64,000 nucleotides of DNA. It comes from an uncultured Candidatus Saccharibacteria bacterium (GTDB lineage Bacteria > Patescibacteriota > Minisyncoccia > Phycocordibacterales > Zambryskibacteraceae). Positions 58,043 to 64,000 of the stretch are shown here, piece by piece. The stretch lies in assembly GCA_964618905.1 (NCBI GenBank), contig CAZUDK010000003.1:9783-73782 (forward strand). Reading direction: 5' to 3'. A program made the translations under genes and the position numbers. The stretch's first letter is position 1, and every line of letters starts with the position of its first letter. The notes under the pieces were generated by a model. The model was not told where the DNA came from and did not search any database. It worked only from the letters and a program-made list of their open reading frames with translations.

Positions 58043-58753
58043 TCAAGAGAGCCGAACAAAGCTCTCTTGAAGTGACAGTTTTTTGTCTGTTTTGCTAAAC
58101 CAGGTGACCGATGAAGTAGAGCTCCATATGTCTTGGTTAGAGAGTAGGGACAGCACGCAATTATCAAAATCCAAAGGGTTCTTGAACTCATGAGAGAGAG
58201 CGATCAGAAAAACAATGACGTCAAAGTGAGTAACCAAGATGACATCCATGTTTTTCTCTTTCAGGTAATCAAAAAACTCCTTTACCCGAATCAAGCACTC
58301 TCTCTTGCTCTCCCCGCCAGGCGGAACCGCGTCAAGATAGGCTGCCGGATACTCATCCATAGCCTTGGCATATTCCGGAAAATTTTTCCGTGCCTGCTCG
58401 AAGTTCATCCCCAAGGTCTTGCCGCTATCATGATCCCGAAGCCGGTCATCCTTGCTTGTCTGCACCAATATCGGGCCATGGTCTTCCGGCAAGTCTCCCA
58501 AAGAACGAAAGATAGAATCTGAGGTGTCTTCCGCTCGATGGTAAGGCGAGCTAATGATCTCAACATGCTTTCCAAGGCCGTTTTTAAGCATGTACATACC
58601 GGCATGCCGTCTTAAAACCTTGCACTCCTCTTTTCCTTCTGGCGTCAGAGGCATATTGCTGTCAGATATACCAATTTTTAATCCGACTTTGACCAAAGTC
58701 GGGTCATTCTTGGCAGATTTGCAATGCCTAAATACAAAGATCTGATTGGTCAT
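58043..58753 (-). CDS. Histidine phosphatase (phosphoglycerate mutase) family protein
   Basis: FRHC, PLT.EG, SSPY.RA..T, PGGES, LVTH; GGAGGAGG SD before ATG 58753; hairpin 58011-58040. Confidence 0.82.
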   Translation of the reverse strand: MTNQIFVFRHCKSAKNDPTLVKVGLKIGISDSNMPLTPEGKEECKVLRRHAGMYMLKNGLGKHVEIISSPYHRAEDTSDSIFRSLGDLPEDHGPILVQTSKDDRLRDHDSGKTLGMNFEQARKNFPEYAKAMDEYPAAYLDAVPPGGESKRECLIRVKEFFDYLKEKNMDVILVTHFDVIVFLIALSHEFKNPLDFDNCVLSLLSNQDIWSSTSSVTWFSKTDKKLSLQESFVRLS

Positions 58754-58802
58754 GACATCCTCCTCCATAAATTAAAAAGGATTTTGGCTTTCCTTAATAA
58801 CA

Positions 58803-58827
58803 GACGGCTGGTTTATATCTAACTTTC
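58803..58827 (-). promoter_or_regulatory. Putative ECF-sigma promoter GAAAG-N16-CGTC
   Basis: CTGAAAG-N16-CGTCTG upstream of phosphatase. Confidence 0.6.
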
Positions 58828-58849
58828 AGTATAGGCAGCAAAATAGTCT

Positions 58850-59230
58850 TTAAAAACCATTTCTCTGGAACAGATATAGGAAATATGCTCCGACAATTCC
58901 TGAAAAGATTATAAAAACAGCAATACCAGTAAGCTCAAAATTATCCCTATCCCATTGCCACTTAAGAGACTGGCCCTTTTTGTAAGCTATTTTCATGAAA
59001 ATCAGCGTTAGGAGCAAAGAAGGAAAAGCAAACCTAATCATAACCTCTTCCATTGTTGAGTTCTCATCTATCCTCATGGAAAGCAAAATTACAAAACCAG
59101 CATAGAAAAAAGTGACAAGCCAACCTTGCCAGCTTGAAGGATACCATCCTAGACCAAACCTCTTTCTCTTAAACCAAATTTCTCTTTTTTGCTGATTTTT
59201 GCTTTTTTGTAGTTTGCTCTGCTTCTTCAT
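58850..59230 (-). CDS. Small membrane protein
   Basis: WFKRKRFGLGWYPSSWQGW then three TMs. Confidence 0.75.
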   Translation of the reverse strand: MKKQSKLQKSKNQQKREIWFKRKRFGLGWYPSSWQGWLVTFFYAGFVILLSMRIDENSTMEEVMIRFAFPSLLLTLIFMKIAYKKGQSLKWQWDRDNFELTGIAVFIIFSGIVGAYFLYLFQRNGF

Positions 59231-59251
59231 TGGATTACTTACTCAATCATA

Positions 59252-60178
59252 TCACTCTCCAAAGATATCCATAAACCTCATAGGGTCGATAGATATGGCA
59301 TTTATGCGCACTGAAAGGTGCAGATGCGGACCGATGACATATCCTGTATTGCCGCTCTTGGCTATAAGGTCACCCTTGTTCACGCTCTGGCCTTCTTTAA
59401 CTAAGATCTCAGACAGATGCATGTATACAGTATGCAAGCCAAGACCATGATCTATCACTACTGTATATCCATAATTGCGCAAATAGTCCGTAAAGCGCAC
59501 GACACCAGAGTTCATAGCGTAAACAGGAGTGCCGATAGCCGCGCGAAAATCCGTGCCCTTGTGGCTGATGCTATTGCCGCCCGTAATTCGTGAATAACCG
59601 TACGTATCAGTTATGGTTATTGGTGGATTAATAGGCATCCTAAAAGGTCCATCCCACAACTTTGTATCTGCCGAAGGAATAGCATTCATTATGGCCGCTT
59701 CCTCAACCAAGGTATTGATAAGTTCTTTCTGGCTCTCTTCAGTATTACCTCCAAGCTTGTCAGGTATGCCAAGCGGCGCCCTTTCTATATTTCTAGGTTT
59801 AACTTCTATATCCTCCTTAAGAACGTCTCCATTTGAAAGAGTTGCCACTAAAGGATAAGTACCCGTATCCATTCGCAGATCTACTCCGACCATTGCTGAA
59901 GGATCGCCCAGATGCATAAAAGTGCTGAGCTTTTTGCCGTTGAATGTCAGAGATTTTAATTTTTCATCTCCGAGTCCTTTGATTGATATTAGAACAGCTT
60001 CTCCTTGAACTATAGTTTCCGGTCTTACAGATAAAACAGGTTCAGACAGTTGGTTTGGATTCTCACTGATTTCTTTATTGTCGGTTTTTATCTCTCTTGT
60101 AGGATTCGGACGGCTCTGTATCCAATAAATACCAATTATTGCAATTACAACTACGACAAAAATAACAGACCTGTTCAT
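59252..60178 (-). CDS. M23 family metallopeptidase, membrane anchored
   Basis: HKGTD, YG..V.IDHG, YMHL, GPHLH, IDP. Confidence 0.92.
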   Translation of the reverse strand: MNRSVIFVVVVIAIIGIYWIQSRPNPTREIKTDNKEISENPNQLSEPVLSVRPETIVQGEAVLISIKGLGDEKLKSLTFNGKKLSTFMHLGDPSAMVGVDLRMDTGTYPLVATLSNGDVLKEDIEVKPRNIERAPLGIPDKLGGNTEESQKELINTLVEEAAIMNAIPSADTKLWDGPFRMPINPPITITDTYGYSRITGGNSISHKGTDFRAAIGTPVYAMNSGVVRFTDYLRNYGYTVVIDHGLGLHTVYMHLSEILVKEGQSVNKGDLIAKSGNTGYVIGPHLHLSVRINAISIDPMRFMDIFGE

Positions 60179-60189
60179 ATAAATATTAT

Positions 60190-60214
60190 AACGTACGAAG
60201 CAGATTGAGCTTTC
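60190..60214 (-). promoter_or_regulatory. Putative ECF-sigma promoter GAAAG-N16-CGTT
   Basis: 11 bp upstream of ATG 60178; overlaps a TATAAT. Confidence 0.6.
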
Positions 60215-60230
60215 CCGCGCCAGTTTTTAA

Positions 60231-61466
60231 TTACTCGTACCGAAGTGCTTCCATTGGACTTTTTCGGGCAGCATTCTTGGCAGGATAAATACCGAAGACT
60301 AATCCTATAAAAGCTGAAACTCCAATGCCGAGAACCGCTGCAGATATAGGGAAGCTAAAGGTCCAACCCTCAGCAACATAAGCGGCAAGCACCACTGACA
60401 CTCCGTACGATATGAGAGCTCCAAGCATTATGCCTATGATGCCGCCAAAGCCTGTGAGTATCACTGATTCATACAAAAACTGATACAGAATATCTTTCTC
60501 TGTGGCTCCGAGCGCCTTGCGAAGTCCGATCTCTCGAGTCCTTTCGGATACAGAAACTAGCATGATATTCATAATGCCTATGCCGCCGACCACCAGAGAA
60601 ATACCTGCGACAGAACCAAGGAGAGCTGTCAGAACAGCGGTTATTGTCCCCACCATGGCTGCCGCATCCTCAGGCGTACTGACATGGAAGTCGTCATCAG
60701 CAGGATCATCTATATCATGTGTTTCTCGAAGCGTGGCTTCTATGTCGTGCACCACGCGAGAGACCACCTCTTTTGACTCAGCCCGCACGATAATAGAATT
60801 GTAGTAATCAGTACCGGTAAGATATTCTTGCGCGGCGGTGTACGGCACTAGAATCATCTCATTCATACTCATAAGCGATGCACCGCTATCTGGAAAAACT
60901 CCTATTACTCTAAATGTTTGGCCTTTGATGCGCACCCTTTCGCCCACCGCATCAGAAAGGCCAAAAAGATCATTTTTAATTTCAGAACCCAATACTGCAA
61001 CACGCGCTTTTTGCTCAATATCTTCCTTCGAAAAAGACATTCCCTCTTCAGGATAAACGCTCATGATGTCGGTGATAGTATAATCAGAACCTAAAACAGT
61101 AGCTCTCTCTGTCTCATATTTGTAAATAATCGATACCGGTTGCATCACTATTGGACTGACATCTCTGAGTCCTTGAACATTCTCCGGCCGCTTAAGGGCT
61201 CTGATATCGCTCTCTCGCAGAGAATCCGTATACAGCTCGGCATAGTTTGAAGGTCCTTCAGGCTGCCGGCCGGGGTCTATGGAAATAGTAGTGGCACCTA
61301 AACCTTCTATCTGTCCAAGAATAAGATTCTCAGCACCCTGGCCTATGGACATCACAATAATGATTGAAGTGATACCTATGACGATTCCCAAAATCGTAAG
61401 GAGCGAGCGTGATTTATTAGTGCTCACTCCCCTGTATGCGGTTTTTATGTGATGTTTAAGAAGCAT
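60231..61466 (-). CDS. MacB/FtsX-like ABC transporter permease
   Basis: RSLLTILGIVIG, GIGIMNIMLVSVSERTREIGLRKALGA, EALRYE. Confidence 0.93.
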   Translation of the reverse strand: MLLKHHIKTAYRGVSTNKSRSLLTILGIVIGITSIIIVMSIGQGAENLILGQIEGLGATTISIDPGRQPEGPSNYAELYTDSLRESDIRALKRPENVQGLRDVSPIVMQPVSIIYKYETERATVLGSDYTITDIMSVYPEEGMSFSKEDIEQKARVAVLGSEIKNDLFGLSDAVGERVRIKGQTFRVIGVFPDSGASLMSMNEMILVPYTAAQEYLTGTDYYNSIIVRAESKEVVSRVVHDIEATLRETHDIDDPADDDFHVSTPEDAAAMVGTITAVLTALLGSVAGISLVVGGIGIMNIMLVSVSERTREIGLRKALGATEKDILYQFLYESVILTGFGGIIGIMLGALISYGVSVVLAAYVAEGWTFSFPISAAVLGIGVSAFIGLVFGIYPAKNAARKSPMEALRYE

Positions 61467-61467
61467 T

Positions 61468-62184
61468 TTATTTTGAGTAATTATCTTCTGCCCGGCGCTG
61501 CTTGTGCGAATCGCTGTCACTCAATATTTTGCCATCTTGAATATGAATGATTCGACGTGCGTGCTCGGCTGTCTGAGTTTCGTGAGTAATAAGTATGACA
61601 GTGTGACCGTCGTCATTGAGCTTTTGGATTGTTTCCATGACAGCTTTGCCGGATTTGGAGTCAAGATTGCCTGTTGGTTCGTCAGCGAAGATTATGCTCG
61701 GCTCAAGGACAAGGGCGCGAGCAATAGCAACACGTTGTTTCTCACCGCCGGACAGCTGGCCAGGCTCATGATCTATTCTGTGTGTAAGACCTACAGCTTC
61801 TATGGCTTTCTTGGCGCGACTGTCCCATTCGGCTTGATCAATATCAGAGTACAGGAAAGGCAGCTTCACATTTTCAATGACGCTGGTTCTAGGCAAGAGA
61901 TTAAAGGATTGAAAAACAAACCCCAGCTTGCGATTTCTTATATGAGCCACTTCTTCCGGCGTATAATCGGATACTGACTTTTCTTCGAACAAATATTCGC
62001 CACCTGTATGACCATCGAGAAAGCCCAGTATATGCAAGAGTGTCGACTTGCCGGAACCGGAAGGACCCATAATAGAGACAAACTCGCCTTTATTGACCTC
62101 AAAATCTATACCATGAAGAACTTTCGTTTCCACATCACCGTCATGGTAAACCTTGGATAAATTTTTTACCTCTACAATACTCAT
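61468..62184 (-). CDS. ABC transporter ATP-binding protein (MacB/LolD-like)
   Basis: [29 protein letters not shown]. Confidence 0.95.
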   Translation of the reverse strand: MSIVEVKNLSKVYHDGDVETKVLHGIDFEVNKGEFVSIMGPSGSGKSTLLHILGFLDGHTGGEYLFEEKSVSDYTPEEVAHIRNRKLGFVFQSFNLLPRTSVIENVKLPFLYSDIDQAEWDSRAKKAIEAVGLTHRIDHEPGQLSGGEKQRVAIARALVLEPSIIFADEPTGNLDSKSGKAVMETIQKLNDDGHTVILITHETQTAEHARRIIHIQDGKILSDSDSHKQRRAEDNYSK

Positions 62185-62188
62185 ACTG

Positions 62189-63688
62189 CTATTCCTCAAT
62201 GAAAACTATTACTTTTTCGCCCACAGACACACCTTCAAGTATCTCGATATTGCCGTCAGTGCCTCTCATACCTGTTGCAACTTCCTTCTCCACTATTTCT
62301 TCACCATCAAGAATCCGAACATATTTTCGACCGTCTTTTGTAATCACTGAACGCTGAGGAACTGCTATTACTCCATCCTTGTGTTCACCTTTGATGTAGA
62401 CATCAGCCGTCATGCCGGGCCTTATACGCTCATCAACCGAGTTGAATTGAAGCACTGTCTTGTAAGTAGCCACGCCATCTATGAGAGTCTCGGCAGGGTC
62501 GACAGATACAACCGTAGCAGACAGTATTTCATCATCATTGAAAGCATCAAGAATAACATCGGCATCTGCGCCAATTTTAACCTTCACCATATCCGCCTCA
62601 GGCAGATTTGCTTCAACTTGATAGCCGTCCGAAGATATGACGGTAACTACCGGAGCGCCGGCAGAAATAGTCTCGCCCACCTCAGTGTAGATATCGGTAA
62701 CAATGCCGTTTATCGGTGAATATATATTGCGCTTGGCTATCTGATTTAATGTATCCTGCACATCAAGTTGTGCTTGGCGAACATCTATCTTTATGCTTTC
62801 AAGGTCATGACCTTCATCAACAATACCTATCTCGGAATCGTTGATAGTATCTTTGATTTCCAAAAGCTCTCGAAGATGCTCGTTACTCTGACCAGTAAAT
62901 AAAGCTAAAGTGTCTTGGTCGGAAAAGAGTTTAAAAGGCACATTTTCGTTTGCCCTATCTTCTATATAATCCACAAAATTATTAGTCTTCTTTACCGCAT
63001 CTGCAACACTTTTAACTGCTTCATAGGTGCTCAGAATAGAACTTTTTATATCTTCCGGATCTGAAGTCCTGCTGATGTTTCTATATTCATCATATGCATC
63101 CTCATAAATTTCCTTGGCTGCATAATAAGCATCCTGTGCTGCTTCGCGGCGGTCGAGAGAAGATTCTCCGTAATGAATGCGGATAGTATTAGGCGAAGCA
63201 TAATCCTGCCTGAATATATCCCCAAGGCCACTGATAATAGCCGGCAAGTCTAAGAATGTATCAGATACGATATTGAATCCGTTCTCATAAGATTTTTTAA
63301 GATCATCCTCGGCTGTAGTCTTAGATTCTGCTTTGGCTAGAATTATTTCTTCCTGCTCTAAAGCAGCCCTCTGCCTTGAAAGACGAATTTCTAAATCTCT
63401 TGTATCTACAGAAAGCAGAGTCTGCCCCTTCTTCACTTTCTCACCGACCTTTACAGGTATGGAGCGTACCTTGCCGCCCGACTCAATGGCCAGTTCAACC
63501 TCATGTTGTGATACAACATGTCCTGTCACACTGACTTCTTGAGATACAGTCTGCCTGTTTGCCACAACAAAACTCTCACCTGTAGCTTCCGTGCCGCCGG
63601 CAAATGCCCACATGCCGGCAATAATGATAACCAGGATTAAAGGTATGGATATCTTATAGTTCTTAATTAATTTTTTTATCTTTTTCAT
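62189..63688 (-). CDS. Periplasmic adaptor / membrane fusion protein (MacA-like)
   Basis: N-terminal TM, V..GEKVKKGQ lipoyl half, long hairpin, SPING, RPGMTA. Confidence 0.88.
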   Translation of the reverse strand: MKKIKKLIKNYKISIPLILVIIIAGMWAFAGGTEATGESFVVANRQTVSQEVSVTGHVVSQHEVELAIESGGKVRSIPVKVGEKVKKGQTLLSVDTRDLEIRLSRQRAALEQEEIILAKAESKTTAEDDLKKSYENGFNIVSDTFLDLPAIISGLGDIFRQDYASPNTIRIHYGESSLDRREAAQDAYYAAKEIYEDAYDEYRNISRTSDPEDIKSSILSTYEAVKSVADAVKKTNNFVDYIEDRANENVPFKLFSDQDTLALFTGQSNEHLRELLEIKDTINDSEIGIVDEGHDLESIKIDVRQAQLDVQDTLNQIAKRNIYSPINGIVTDIYTEVGETISAGAPVVTVISSDGYQVEANLPEADMVKVKIGADADVILDAFNDDEILSATVVSVDPAETLIDGVATYKTVLQFNSVDERIRPGMTADVYIKGEHKDGVIAVPQRSVITKDGRKYVRILDGEEIVEKEVATGMRGTDGNIEILEGVSVGEKVIVFIEE

Positions 63689-64000
63689 TTATTTACTGTA
63701 AGCGCTTCTGATTTCTTCTAAAACTTTTATAAATCCGTCAATTTGCCGATCACTGAGCCTTGAAAACATTTCAGACATCTCAACCGTAGCCTGCCTCAGA
63801 CCTTTATTGAGATAAGACTCTCCTTTATTTGTGATCTGCATATTGATGATGCGGCGATCTTTGCTGCTTGGCACTCTCTTGACCATATCTGCTTTAACCA
63901 AGGAATCCACAAGCGATGTTGCCGAAGGCGCTCTGACACGCAGATATTCTGCGATCCTCTTCATTGTCGGCTTCTCCAGAGCTATAAGCCTGAGGGTCTC
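63689..64000 (-). CDS. MarR-family regulator (5' end outside window)
   Basis: IA..L....PSAT.LVD.L, V.R...KDRR, T.KG; directly upstream of efflux genes. Confidence 0.85.
   Translation of the reverse strand, partial: ETLRLIALEKPTMKRIAEYLRVRAPSATSLVDSLVKADMVKRVPSSKDRRIINMQITNKGESYLNKGLRQATVEMSEMFSRLSDRQIDGFIKVLEEIRSAYSK

Overview
A gene-dense, mostly core chromosomal segment of a small-genome bacterium. Gene content and style (short EF-Ts, split transketolase, leaderless starts, class F sortase, many ORFans) point to Patescibacteria/CPR, probably Parcubacteria; this is an inference. It contains dnaB (partial), recR, rplU, rmuC, mraZ-rsmH-ftsL-like-PBP, gyrB, a single-chain PheRS, rpsB-tsf, prfA, rpmE2, rplY, a sugar-phosphate cluster (fba, pfkB, tkt x2, rpe, rpiB, gap), nrdAB, lemA-htpX, groES-groEL, secG, rnj, a stress/surface region and a MacAB-like ABC exporter, plus three tRNAs (Glu-CTC, Thr-TGT, Ser-GGA). 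No integrase, transposase or CRISPR array was seen. The main unexplained signals are: (1) an ECF-sigma-type promoter motif GWAAS-N16-CGTY at exact spacing upstream of ten envelope/stress genes, including both LPxTG sortase substrates; (2) fold-back elements built from direct plus inverted copies of tRNA 3' ends behind tRNA-Glu (two) and tRNA-Ser (one); (3) about 65-bp inverted-repeat elements at gene starts; (4) an organelle-type monomeric PheRS; (5) a Chlamydia-type class Ic R2; (6) self-contained ORFan units (promoter, SD, terminator) between leaderless core genes. All calls were made by eye, with no database searches.
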